Shown: positions 9,501 through 17,777 of the stretch, one piece after another
Position numbering within the stretch: position 1 is the stretch's first letter
Layout of the letters: each line of letters starts with the position of its first letter
Source of the DNA: a bacterium
Lineage (GTDB): Bacteria > Zhuqueibacterota > Zhuqueibacteria > Zhuqueibacterales > Zhuqueibacteraceae
Assembly (NCBI GenBank): GCA_044869275.1
Contig: JBIOXB010000021.1
Coordinates: 1-33,238 of the forward strand
Direction of reading: 5' to 3'
Length of the DNA: 33,238 nucleotides
Translations under genes and position numbers: made by a program
Notes under the pieces: model-generated
Told to the model about the DNA's origin: nothing
The model's input: the letters and a program-made list of their open reading frames with translations, nothing else
Database searches by the model: none

Positions 9501-9926
9501 CGCGTGGCGATCTATCGCCACCTCGCCGAGGCGAAGAAGTTATCAGAGATTGAAGCGATTGCCGAGGAGCTAAAGGATCGTTTTGGCCGTTTGCCCGTGC
9601 CGGCGCAAAATCTGTTAGGCCTGGCAAGCGCGCGCTTGCTGGGCACCATGCTGGGCTTGCGCAGCCTGCGCATTCTTTCTCGTGAGAGCTTTGCCGTGTT
9701 CGCACCGGAAGTCACGCCCGCGCCCGGGGAACCGTTCAAAAAATGGGTCGGTTCAATCCTCAGCCGCGCGCCGTACAAGCTTGAATTTTTTCAAAATGGC
9801 GGCTTGGGATTTCGGCTGCGCGTGCCCAAGGGTGAGACCGGTCTGCCGGCGACGGTGAGACTGTTGGCGAGCTTGACGGAGGGCTGGCGGGAGCAAGAGG
9901 CGCCGAAGGTAAATTTGTTTGGGTAA
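6507..9926 (+). CDS. mfd: Transcription-repair coupling factor Mfd
   Basis: UvrB-homology VRGGIIDLFP, RID VHVDHGIGVY, Walker A CGDVGFGKTEVA, DEEQRFGV, SATPIPRTL, QLRGRVGRS, DLEIRGAGNLLG, C-terminal TRCF domain. Confidence 0.98.
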   Translation: MMNIVEVDEGKVFEPIKKILQFSSAVEQIISAVQAKEKVTIKNAAGSLSSMLVSILTERNAAPALCIVPYLDQAEHLRDELAEMLPQRRVVHFPPSKALPWGHRDVPTVTQQLEVVESLLSLSHREAATQESSPIVVATVKALFTALVEMKSLAARKIQIKVGDELPFETLLQQLVEMGFERQPVVEQAGELSVRGGIIDLFPFSRPLPLRLEFWGDRVESLREFDAATQRSENEVSGVLLFPQNIEEDDGHGKSKTKTETTLFDYLPHDTQVHLLQAEHLAAALADKNVDSDEEEWLETNVAFEEEGDRWQEFSARLKKFPQIVFSNFQAKEAGRVFDLKAVHQPALHGDLKALRRELETLRNKALGEIPQMFLICESPSHAERLADLLHESGFDEFRLQFLAGILFHGFAMPEIGLVVYTDHEFYGRSRRPQRRRKLKESLTFRQLKTLAKGDFIVHVDHGIGVYQGLQHIKVGRHERECIVIHYEGNDKLFVPLDKMDRVQKYTSREAAAPKIHKLGSPDWDRLKARTKKRLKDIAKDLISLYALRKSQKGIAFPPDTLWQKELEASFEYEETPDQTRAIEEVKSDMETERPMDRLVCGDVGFGKTEVAMRAAFKAVQDGKQVAILVPTTLLAQQHFNTFTERLKKYPVRVEMISRFRTTKEQKESVERLKNGEVDIMIGTHRLLSKDVGFKDLGLIVIDEEQRFGVRHKEKLKSLKVNADVLALSATPIPRTLHMSLMGVRDMTNINTPPRDRQPIQTEVAQFDHDLIRQAILREIHRGGQVFFVHNRVSSIYRMASVLRRLVPEVEIGVGHGRMKEHELERVMLSFINRECNVLISTMIIESGLDIPNVNTMIINRADRFGLAQLYQLRGRVGRSSQKAFCYLLIPPIRNLSVEAIKRLETVEEYTDLGSGFQIAMRDLEIRGAGNLLGAEQSGMIDAIGFDLYQRILEEAVRETRRETFPEAEPLPAKYDDCKVELEGDAFLPDDYVSLPSERVAIYRHLAEAKKLSEIEAIAEELKDRFGRLPVPAQNLLGLASARLLGTMLGLRSLRILSRESFAVFAPEVTPAPGEPFKKWVGSILSRAPYKLEFFQNGGLGFRLRVPKGETGLPATVRLLASLTEGWREQEAPKVNLFG

Positions 9927-10099
9927 GGTTTGGGCTGTAAACATTTCAACCCTGAAAGAGCGAGTGGGCTTGCGCGTGTTTTTAGATTGACGCCGGTTGC
10001 GGCCTAACATGGCTTCCCAATAACGGGTTCATCGGCGAAAATAAAAAATGGACGATTAGACGAAGAAGGGGCCGTGCGATTTCTAAGCTAACTTCGAGA

Positions 10100-10303
10100 A
10101 TGATTTCTCAATCGCGCGTGATTGCCAAAGGTAATCGCATTCGCGATGTGCAACGCCTGATCGTTACTTACGGAGGCCGAGAGGTTAAGTGGGTCAAGAA
10201 AAGCAGCCCGCGTTTTGAGATTGACAAATACCAGTATGAGTATCACTGGTACGAACATCCCGGCATCGGCCGCGTCGAACTCAAACTTTTGCAAATGAGT
10301 TGA
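10100..10303 (+). CDS. Small basic hypothetical protein, putative toxin (IRDVxRL...YGG...WxK...HWYEHxGIG)
   Basis: 67-aa ORF in an AT-richer insert, 3 nt upstream of its partner ORF. The motif pattern is recalled from C-terminal extensions of phage MuF/minor capsid proteins. Confidence 0.65.
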   Translation: MISQSRVIAKGNRIRDVQRLIVTYGGREVKWVKKSSPRFEIDKYQYEYHWYEHPGIGRVELKLLQMS

Positions 10304-10306
10304 ATT

Positions 10307-10717
10307 ATGATCGTGAAATTGCGTCGGAAAAACTCACGCTACCCGGATTTGGCGCCCGGACAAAATTATATGGTGATCGGCATCGAAGCCAATGATTTGC
10401 GGATACTGAACGACCAAGGCCGGCCGTATTTATATCCGGCGCGATTATTCGAGATTGTCGATGCTCGCGAACCACAAGATTGGGTGACGGAATTTGGTGA
10501 TGCGAATGAGCGCTATGCCTATCCCCATCCGTTAAATGATACTGGCTTCTTCGAAGATTTTTTTGATGATAAAAAGTATGCTGTCGCCACTTTTTGGCGG
10601 GTTGTCAACCAACGCCTCGCGGGACTACGCGCAATTGCTCCGGCGTTCCGCAAAAAATCATCTTCACAACCAAGAACCAAATTGGCATCACGGCCAATCC
10701 GGCCATCTGCAACGTGA
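10307..10717 (+). CDS. Hypothetical protein, putative immunity/antitoxin
   Basis: 136-aa ORF: SH3-like N-terminal part (L.PGQNY.VIGIE...RILNDQGRPYLYP..LFEIVD) and acidic/aromatic C-terminal part (GFFEDFFDD). Confidence 0.75.
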   Translation: MIVKLRRKNSRYPDLAPGQNYMVIGIEANDLRILNDQGRPYLYPARLFEIVDAREPQDWVTEFGDANERYAYPHPLNDTGFFEDFFDDKKYAVATFWRVVNQRLAGLRAIAPAFRKKSSSQPRTKLASRPIRPSAT

Positions 10718-10726
10718 TAAAAAACC

Positions 10727-10836
10727 ATGACAAAAGGGAGCATATTAAAATTGTTCACGAAGGAAGTTTTGCCACCGAAATGGATATTGAATTGCCCTAT
10801 GCATATAGCGGTTGGTCGCTCAAAATTTGTTTGTGA
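10727..10836 (+). pseudogene. Frameshifted remnant of a small hypothetical gene
   Basis: ATG 10727 is one base out of frame with KREHIKIVHEGSFATEMDIELPYAYSGWS. One extra A in the ACAAAAGG run would restore MTKREHIKIVHEG. Early stop at 10834-10836. Confidence 0.45.
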
Positions 10837-11065
10837 TTTGCAACATAAAGACCTGTGGGAATGAAGCACCTTGATTTTGATTATGAATTGAAGTAAATCC
10901 CCTTTGATGGCATGTGGGTAATCAAAAGAAGTTGAAAGAGTAATGACATTTTAAAGCGCATAAATACGCCGAGAGGATTCTTGCGGCATGACGGATTTTT
11001 GTTTGTGCCCGCACTGATTGGCTTTTGAAATTGCATCTGCATCCCAACGCAACTGAAGAGGAAGT

Positions 11066-11950
11066 GTGAAAACAGCGGTGAAGAAGATCTTGGTGATCGC
11101 CCTGGTTTGGGCGGCGATGTTTTCCTGCCGTAAGCCCGAGCCCGAAGTCAAATCCGAAAACGTGATCGTGCGCGTGGGCGAGGCCGTGCTCACGCTCGAG
11201 GATCTCGCCGTGGAGATTCCAGCAGGCATGCGGGATCGCATCTCCAAGGAAGCCATGCAAGACTACGCCGTGCGCTGGATCAATTCCCAGGTGTTGTATC
11301 AAGAGGCCAGGCGCCGCGGCCTCGATCAAAATCCGGGCATTGCCAAGGAGTTGCAACGCGTCGCGCGCGAGCTGGCGGTCAATGCGCTCTTGCAGAGCGA
11401 AGTTTACAGCGACACCGCACAGGTTTCCGAGGCGCGCATTCAGGAATTTTACAACAGCAACTTGGAAAGCTTCCGCCGCAACGAGCAGGAGGCGCGTGTG
11501 TATCACCTCAGCGTGCCCACGAGAGCGGAGGCGGACTCGTTGCATCGCTTGTTGCGCTTCGGTGGAGACTTCCCCCGCATGGCGCGCGCGCGTGCCCTGG
11601 TCTCCGGCGACACCAGCGCGTGGCATTTGGATATTTCTTATTCCGAGGCGCCGGAAGCCATGCGCCCGATTTTTCGCTATCGCGAAGGCACGCTTGCGCC
11701 GCCGGTGGAATTGGACGACGGGTTTCATCTGTTTTATATGGTGCAGAATTTTCCCAGCGGCACGATCCGTGATTTGAGCGTGGTGCACGATGAAGTCGCT
11801 CGCAAGGTGCGCGCGCGCGTGCGTGATGATCGCTACCGCACGCTGCTGGCGGAATTGCGCGCCGGCGCGAAAATCGAAACCAATTTTCAGATGATTGAAG
11901 ATACCTCGATGGATTCCCTTTTGGCGCGGGCGGCGAAAGCAGCACGGTAA
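11066..11950 (+). CDS. PpiC/parvulin-type peptidyl-prolyl isomerase family lipoprotein (PrsA/SurA-like, degenerate PPIase domain)
   Basis: Lipoprotein signal ending MFSC, VRVGEAVLT, LYQEARRRGL, SEARIQEFY, GGDFPRMAR, PVELDDGFHLF, ELRAGAKIE. Confidence 0.8.
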   Translation: MKTAVKKILVIALVWAAMFSCRKPEPEVKSENVIVRVGEAVLTLEDLAVEIPAGMRDRISKEAMQDYAVRWINSQVLYQEARRRGLDQNPGIAKELQRVARELAVNALLQSEVYSDTAQVSEARIQEFYNSNLESFRRNEQEARVYHLSVPTRAEADSLHRLLRFGGDFPRMARARALVSGDTSAWHLDISYSEAPEAMRPIFRYREGTLAPPVELDDGFHLFYMVQNFPSGTIRDLSVVHDEVARKVRARVRDDRYRTLLAELRAGAKIETNFQMIEDTSMDSLLARAAKAAR

Positions 11951-12055
11951 GCGTGGATTTATGCCAGCGTTCTGGGCTTGAGCGAGCTGGCATTGCACCA
12001 GCGCCATGGCGATTTTTCATAAATCGACACTAGAGTTGTGAACACGGAGGTCATA

Positions 12056-13345
12056 ATGCTTAAAGCGGTGATGCAAGGGATTTTCGCCTGTCTGTTGTTT
12101 TGCGGCCGCAGTGATGCGCAAGAAATCGTGGATCGTATCGTGGCAGTGGTGGACGACAAGATCATTCTGCAATCAGAACTGGTGCAATTTACCACGCAAA
12201 CGGCGTTTCAGTTGGGCCTCAATCCCCAGCGCGAACCGGAGAAATTCAATGCGCTGCGCGCGCAGGCTTTGCAGAACCTGATCAATCAAAAAGTGATGCT
12301 CACTCAAGCGCAAGAAGACAGCATCACCGTGGACGAGCGGCAGATCGAGCAAGTTTTGGAAGAGCGCATGAAGGCGATCGTGCAGCAGCTCGGCTCGGAG
12401 CAGAAGGCCGAGGAGTACTTCGGCCTGCCGCTGCGCAAAATCCGGAAGCAATTCCGCGACGACATCGAAGAGCAATTGATGGTGCGCAACCTGCAGCAGA
12501 AAAAAATGCGCGAGCTCAAAGTCTCACGCCGCGAGGTCGAGCAATTCTATCAGACGTATCAAGACAGCCTGCCGATGGTGGAAGCGTCCGTCAAACTCAG
12601 CCATGTCTTGTTCAATATCCAAGCCGGCGACGAGGCGGTGCAAGCGGCGCGCGAAAAAATCGAGTCCGTACAAAAGAGAATTCGCGAGGGGGAGGATTTT
12701 GCCAAGCTTGCCGGGGAGTTTTCCGAGGACCCTGGCTCCGCCAAGCGTGGCGGCGAGCTGGGTTTGATTCAACGCGGCGATTTTGTGCGCGAGTTCGAGG
12801 AAGCGGCCTTTGCGCTGGAGCCGGATCAAGTCTCCGAAATTGTGCGCACACAGTTTGGATTTCACATCATCAAGCTGATCGAGCGCCGTGGTGAAAAAAT
12901 CAACGTGCGCCACGTTTTGATCCGCGTGCCCACGGTCGCCAGCGACGAACAGCGCACGCGCGAGCAGGCGGCGGCGATTCGCGCCGACATTGTGGCGGGC
13001 AAAATCACGTTTGAAGACGCGGCCAAAAAATACTCAAACGATCAAACCACGAATGAAAAAGGCGGCGACCTGGGCTGGTTTGAGGCCACCCAACTGCAAG
13101 TGGAGGCGTTTCGCGAGGCCGCGCGTACGCTTCAACCTGGCGAGATTTCCGAACCTCTCAAAACCGAATTCGGCTACCACCTTGTGCGGCTGAATGAAAA
13201 ACGCGAGGCGCGCAAGCTCTCGCTCACCGAAGATGCGGACCGCTTGCACGAAATGGCGCTCAATCACAAGGCAGAAGAGCAGCTGCGCCGCTGGGTGGAG
13301 TCATTGAAGCAGCAGATGTATGTGCGGGTGGCGGAGGGCAGCTGA
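12056..13345 (+). CDS. surA: SurA-like periplasmic chaperone/PPIase with two parvulin domains
   Basis: GGAGG Shine-Dalgarno at 12046-12050, signal peptide, VDRIVAVVDDKIILQSEL, two F..A..(F/Y)S.D.....GG.LG parvulin motifs, TQFGFHII and TEFGYHLV. Confidence 0.88.
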   Translation: MLKAVMQGIFACLLFCGRSDAQEIVDRIVAVVDDKIILQSELVQFTTQTAFQLGLNPQREPEKFNALRAQALQNLINQKVMLTQAQEDSITVDERQIEQVLEERMKAIVQQLGSEQKAEEYFGLPLRKIRKQFRDDIEEQLMVRNLQQKKMRELKVSRREVEQFYQTYQDSLPMVEASVKLSHVLFNIQAGDEAVQAAREKIESVQKRIREGEDFAKLAGEFSEDPGSAKRGGELGLIQRGDFVREFEEAAFALEPDQVSEIVRTQFGFHIIKLIERRGEKINVRHVLIRVPTVASDEQRTREQAAAIRADIVAGKITFEDAAKKYSNDQTTNEKGGDLGWFEATQLQVEAFREAARTLQPGEISEPLKTEFGYHLVRLNEKREARKLSLTEDADRLHEMALNHKAEEQLRRWVESLKQQMYVRVAEGS

Positions 13346-13348
13346 GCA

Positions 13349-14044
13349 ATGCACTCGTTTCCGATGCGCTTATTGAGTTTGGCGGGACCACTGGTCTCGT
13401 CAGCCATTTTTGCGCTTTGTTCTGCCAGCCACGCGCAGGAAACCCCCAGCAACGCATTCACGCTCGCGCGCATCAAATATCGTGGCGGCGGAGATTGGTA
13501 CAATGACCCCTCCTGCATTCCGAACCTGTTGAAGTTCATGAAGCAAAATACGGCGATGCAACTGGGCAGCGAGGAGCGGCACGTCGAGCCGACCGACAAT
13601 GAACTTTTTGCCTATCCCGCCGTCTTTATGACCGGGCATGGCCGCATCGTGTTTTCGCCGGAAGACGCGCAACAACTTCGCACCTACTTGACGACGGGCG
13701 GTTTTTTGTATGCGGACGACGATTACGGCATGGATAAATTTTTCCGCGAGGCCATGAAACAGGTTTTTCCGGACAAACAATGGGTCGAGCTGCCATTCAA
13801 TCATCCCATCTATCACTGTCACTTTGATTTTCCCAACGGCGTGCCCAAAACCCACGAACACGACGGCGGCCCGCCCAAGGCCTTCGGCCTATTTCATGAA
13901 GGCCGGCTGATTGTGTATTACACCTGGAACACCAACATCTCCGACGGCTGGGCCGATCCTGAAGTGCACGGCGACACGCCCGAAGTGCGCACGCAGGCGC
14001 TGCAGATGGGGACGAATATTGTGGTGTATGCGTTGATGAATTGA
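13349..14044 (+). CDS. DUF4159 domain protein, exported
   Basis: LARIKYRGGGDWY, YPAVFMTGHG, YLTTGGFLYADDDYG, LPFNHPIYH, DGWAD, ALQMGTNIVVYA; signal peptide. Confidence 0.85.
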   Translation: MHSFPMRLLSLAGPLVSSAIFALCSASHAQETPSNAFTLARIKYRGGGDWYNDPSCIPNLLKFMKQNTAMQLGSEERHVEPTDNELFAYPAVFMTGHGRIVFSPEDAQQLRTYLTTGGFLYADDDYGMDKFFREAMKQVFPDKQWVELPFNHPIYHCHFDFPNGVPKTHEHDGGPPKAFGLFHEGRLIVYYTWNTNISDGWADPEVHGDTPEVRTQALQMGTNIVVYALMN

Positions 14045-14092
14045 AAACTTCGAATTGACAATTGATGACGATCAATTCGCAATTGTAATGAA
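14039..14092. repeat. Degenerate heptamer repeats (AATTGAA/AATTGAC/AATTGAT/AATTCGC/AATTGTA)
   Basis: 7-nt periodicity read directly after the DUF4159 stop. Confidence 0.55.
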
Positions 14093-14113
14093 CATGTCCA
14101 GCAATAACTCAGG

Positions 14114-17100
14114 ATGGTAATGAGAATCATGCCCATCCAAGAAATTTATCTCGACCTCAAAAGCCGCCTCGCCAAAGTACGGCGCTCGGAGCTGAACCAG
14201 CAAGGGCTGGCGGCTTTCGGCGTCTTGCTCATGGGTTTATCGCTTCTTTTTCTCTGTGCACCAGTTCTCGTTCATTGGAAGAGCGACAGCGCAATCTGGC
14301 GCTGGTTGCTGGCAGGCTTGAGCTTGGTGGTCGCCGGGTATTTTTCATGGCAAGGCTTTTTGCACCCTCTGCTCAAGCGGTTTGCCGTGGCGCATGCGCC
14401 CGCGGATGCCGCTCTGGCATTGCGCGTTGGCCATTTGCGCGAAGAAGTGCGGGATCGTTTCGCCAATGCTTTGCAGGTTTATGATGAAACCACGCATGAA
14501 AACGCCAGCGAGGTGCGGCGCGCATTAGCCGGAACGGCTTTGCAGCAGGCCTATGCATCTGTGCGAAACCTGTCATTCGAAGATATTATCGATCGCGTCA
14601 CGCCTCGCCGCCGTTTGATTCTCGGCGGGATGTGTTTTGCTCTCTGCCTTCTCGCGTGGGGTTTTGCGCCAAATTATATGAGCGGCGGCCTGCGCGCGTT
14701 GCTTTCTCCGCAACGCCCTCCTCATGCGCTCGTGTTGCGCCTGGAGGTTTCTCCGGGAAACACCGAGATAGCAAAGGGAAATGATCTTCGCGTGCAGGTC
14801 ACTATTTCCCCGGCAACGGATGATGCCGCAACGCTGGAGTGGCGTTTGCCGGACCACAAGACCATCCATCAAATTGGCATGCCTCGGCTTGAAGCAGCCT
14901 CTGCTTCGAGTTTTGCTCACACGTTGGAACGCGTGCGTGAAAACTTGAGCTACCGCGTACGCGTGAGCAAGGAAATCAGTTCGTGGTACGAAGTCGCCGT
15001 TATCGATCCGCCCGCGGTTCAGTCGCTGCAAGTGACCATCGCTTCTCCCAGTTATACGCGGCGTGCGAAAATTGAATTGGAGGAAAATCTCGGCGATGTT
15101 CAAGCTTTGCCCGGCTCGAACGTGTCGTTGCGCTTACGCTCGAATAAGGAGTTGGCAAAAGCCGAGCTGCGCTTCGAATCCGGAGCGGTATTGCCCTTGC
15201 GTGTTGAAAAAGACCACGCGACGATAGAGTTTCCGATTCGCAAGCCGGAGGTGTACGCCATTCACTTGGTTGACGCCAAGGGACTGTCAAACCCCGATCC
15301 CATTCGTTACCGCATCGAATTGGAGAACGACCGTGTGCCGGTGGTGCGTCTCGTCGAACCGGGCCGCGACGTCGATCTCGACGAAAGCATGTTGTTGCCC
15401 CTCACCATCGAAGCGGAAGACGATTTTGGTTTTTCGAATCTCGACATCGTCTACGAATTAGTGCCGAGCTACGGCGGTGAATCCAAAAGCGGCCGCTGGC
15501 CGCTGGCGCTCGTTGCGGCGCACAGCGACAAGGTGCGCGTGCAAGCCGCGTGGGATTTGGGCAAGCTCGGCATGGGCCCGGAAGACGTGGTGCGCTATTT
15601 CGCCGAGGTGCGCGACAACGACAGCGTTTCCGGCCCCAAGTCCGCGCGCAGTGAAATGTTTCATGTGCGCTTTCCTTCGATCCAGGAAATCTATGAACAA
15701 GTTGCGACGCAGCATGACGAGGCCACACAAGACTTGCAAGCCATGCGCGAACAGGCCCAGAAAACGAAAGAGAAAGTCGACGAAGTTATTCAGCAACTGA
15801 AAAAGGACCCTCGTCTCAATTGGGAGCAAAAGCAGAAAGTCAGCGAGAGCGCCGGTGCCACGGAAAAAATTCGCGAGGAATTGCAATCGCTGCAAAACAA
15901 GCTCGAAGAAATGGTCAGCAGCATGGAGCGCAACGACCTGCTGAGCATGAAAACTCTGCAGAAGTACATGGAACTGCAAGAACTGCTGCAAAAAATGGAT
16001 TCGCCGGAACTGCAGAAGGCGCTCGAAGAATTGAAGAAATCGATGGAAAACATCGATCCCCAGAAATTGGAAGAGGCACTGAAGAATTTTCAATTTTCAC
16101 AGGAAGAAATGCTGCAAAGCCTCGAGCGCACGATGAACCTCTTGAAGCAAATTCACGCCGAGCAAAAACTGGACGAGGCCATCAAAAAGGCGGAAGATTT
16201 GCTCACACGGCAGCAGGCCGTGAATGAAGAAGCAGCCAAGAAGCCCTCCGCGGAGAAGCGCAACGAACTCGCCGCCGAAGAAATGCAGATGAAGGGCGAT
16301 ACCGAAGCGCTCGAAAAGGCGCTGCAAGACTTGAGTAAAATGATGAAAGAAATGCAGCAGCAGTCGCCGGCGGAAAAAATAGACGCCGCGGCGCAGCAGA
16401 TGAATTCGCAAGACCTCGCCGGTGAGATGCAACAAATGGCGAACCAGATGCAACAAGGGCAGATGCCGCAGGCGCAACAAACCGGCCAGCAGCTCGCGCA
16501 AAATTTGCAGCAAATGAGCGCGGGCTTGCAGGGGGCGCAACAGGAAATGCAGCAAAGCCAGCAGCGTGCGATCATCCAGGCGTTGCAGCGCAGCTCCGCG
16601 GATTTGCTGCAGCTTTCCAAGCAGCAGGAGCAGCTTGGCATGCAATCCGGCAGCATGAATCGCGGCGGCAGCGAGTTCAACCATGCCGCGGACAAGCAAC
16701 TGGAAATGCTCTCGGGTTTGCACCGCGTCGGCGAGCAGTTGTTTAGCCTTTCGCAAAAGAGTTTTGCGGTCACGCCGGAAATCGCACGCGCGCTCGGGCA
16801 GGCGATGAACAGCATGCAGGAATCATTGCGCCAGATGGAAGATCGCAACGGCCCGGGTGCGGCGCAAGCGCAGGGCCAGGCCATGCAAGGCTTGGATCAG
16901 GCCGTCGCGGGTCTGCGGCAAAGCCTGAAGCAGATGGGCGGCTCCGGCGGCATGAGCATGGGCATGGATCAATTCATGCAACGCTTGCTCGGGCTTTCTG
17001 GCAAGCAGCAGGGCATCAATCAGGAATCGCAGCAGCTCGGGCAACAGGGACTCGAGGGCATGCGCCAGCAAGCGGGCATGGCGCGACTCGCGGCCGAACA

Positions 17101-17524
17101 GGCCGCGGTACAAAAGAGCTTGGAGCAATTGCTGCAAGAGTTCGGCAGCCGTAAAGAGATTTTGGGCCGCCTCGATCAAACTGCGAAAGATATGGAAGAG
17201 GTGGTGAAGGACTTGCAGGAAAATCGCATGGGCCGGCAAACGCTGGAGCGGCAGCAGCAAATACTTTCGCGCATGCTGGACGCGCAGCGCAGTATGCGCG
17301 AGCGCGACCTCAGCGAAGAACGCCAGGCCGAACGCAGCAAGAATTATCGCGGCCTGGATCCCGGACAATTGCCTGCCGATCTCGGCGAGCGCCGCACCAA
17401 GATGCAGGAAGATTTGCTGCGCGCTTTACGGGAGAAGTATTCGCGCGATTATCGCGATTTGATTCAGAAGTATTTTGAGGCACTGGCGAGGGAGCAGCAG
17501 AAAGAGGAGGGCGTGCGGCAATGA
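14114..17524 (+). CDS. DUF4175-like membrane-anchored protein with Ig-like region and long Gln/Met-rich coiled coil
   Basis: Three N-terminal TM segments, PSYTRR, AEDDFGF, YFAEVRDNDSVSGPK, more than 600 aa of helical Q/E/M-rich sequence, RQQQILSRMLDA, YRDLIQKYFEAL. Start may be 14129. Confidence 0.8.
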   Translation: MVMRIMPIQEIYLDLKSRLAKVRRSELNQQGLAAFGVLLMGLSLLFLCAPVLVHWKSDSAIWRWLLAGLSLVVAGYFSWQGFLHPLLKRFAVAHAPADAALALRVGHLREEVRDRFANALQVYDETTHENASEVRRALAGTALQQAYASVRNLSFEDIIDRVTPRRRLILGGMCFALCLLAWGFAPNYMSGGLRALLSPQRPPHALVLRLEVSPGNTEIAKGNDLRVQVTISPATDDAATLEWRLPDHKTIHQIGMPRLEAASASSFAHTLERVRENLSYRVRVSKEISSWYEVAVIDPPAVQSLQVTIASPSYTRRAKIELEENLGDVQALPGSNVSLRLRSNKELAKAELRFESGAVLPLRVEKDHATIEFPIRKPEVYAIHLVDAKGLSNPDPIRYRIELENDRVPVVRLVEPGRDVDLDESMLLPLTIEAEDDFGFSNLDIVYELVPSYGGESKSGRWPLALVAAHSDKVRVQAAWDLGKLGMGPEDVVRYFAEVRDNDSVSGPKSARSEMFHVRFPSIQEIYEQVATQHDEATQDLQAMREQAQKTKEKVDEVIQQLKKDPRLNWEQKQKVSESAGATEKIREELQSLQNKLEEMVSSMERNDLLSMKTLQKYMELQELLQKMDSPELQKALEELKKSMENIDPQKLEEALKNFQFSQEEMLQSLERTMNLLKQIHAEQKLDEAIKKAEDLLTRQQAVNEEAAKKPSAEKRNELAAEEMQMKGDTEALEKALQDLSKMMKEMQQQSPAEKIDAAAQQMNSQDLAGEMQQMANQMQQGQMPQAQQTGQQLAQNLQQMSAGLQGAQQEMQQSQQRAIIQALQRSSADLLQLSKQQEQLGMQSGSMNRGGSEFNHAADKQLEMLSGLHRVGEQLFSLSQKSFAVTPEIARALGQAMNSMQESLRQMEDRNGPGAAQAQGQAMQGLDQAVAGLRQSLKQMGGSGGMSMGMDQFMQRLLGLSGKQQGINQESQQLGQQGLEGMRQQAGMARLAAEQAAVQKSLEQLLQEFGSRKEILGRLDQTAKDMEEVVKDLQENRMGRQTLERQQQILSRMLDAQRSMRERDLSEERQAERSKNYRGLDPGQLPADLGERRTKMQEDLLRALREKYSRDYRDLIQKYFEALAREQQKEEGVRQ

Positions 17525-17567
17525 GCAATGGGTCCGTTTGCCCCGCATCCTGTCGTTGTGAAAGAAT

Positions 17568-17685
17568 CAGGCTGTGTAGAACCGCTTGGTTTCAACGCTG
17601 GCGGAGCTTGTCGAAGCCGGATTTTTGAACTTAGCACCCTTCGACAAGCTCAGGGTGCGGCATTCCCAGGTTTTCGCACCGGTTG
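17568..17685. mobile_element. MITE-like element copy 3 (decayed TIRs)
   Basis: Aligns end to end with 3893-4011: GCTTGGTTTCAACGC, TGTCGAAGCCGGAT, CCCTTCGACAAGCTCAGGGTGCGGCA. Ends have drifted to CAGGCTGTGTAGAAC and GTTTTCGCACCGGTTG. Confidence 0.75.
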
Positions 17686-17777
17686 AATCCTGGAGGAGTG
17701 GTGCAGGGCGCTTGCGCCGCACCAAATTCATTCCGCAAGACCCCGGGCAATTTTAAAACTGAATTTGACAGAGCGTA

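Noticed and set aside
9987..10030. Sigma70 promoter or integron attC upstream of the 10100 pair (TTGACG...TAACAT; GCCTAAC)
   Set aside because: The spacing is 12 bp instead of about 17, and there is no matching GTTRRRY end with complementary arms.
11956..12025. Riboswitch-like alternative hairpins before surA (GATTTATG/CATAAATC and ATGCCAGC/GCTGGCAT)
   Set aside because: 8-bp stems can occur by chance and no known aptamer motif was recognised.
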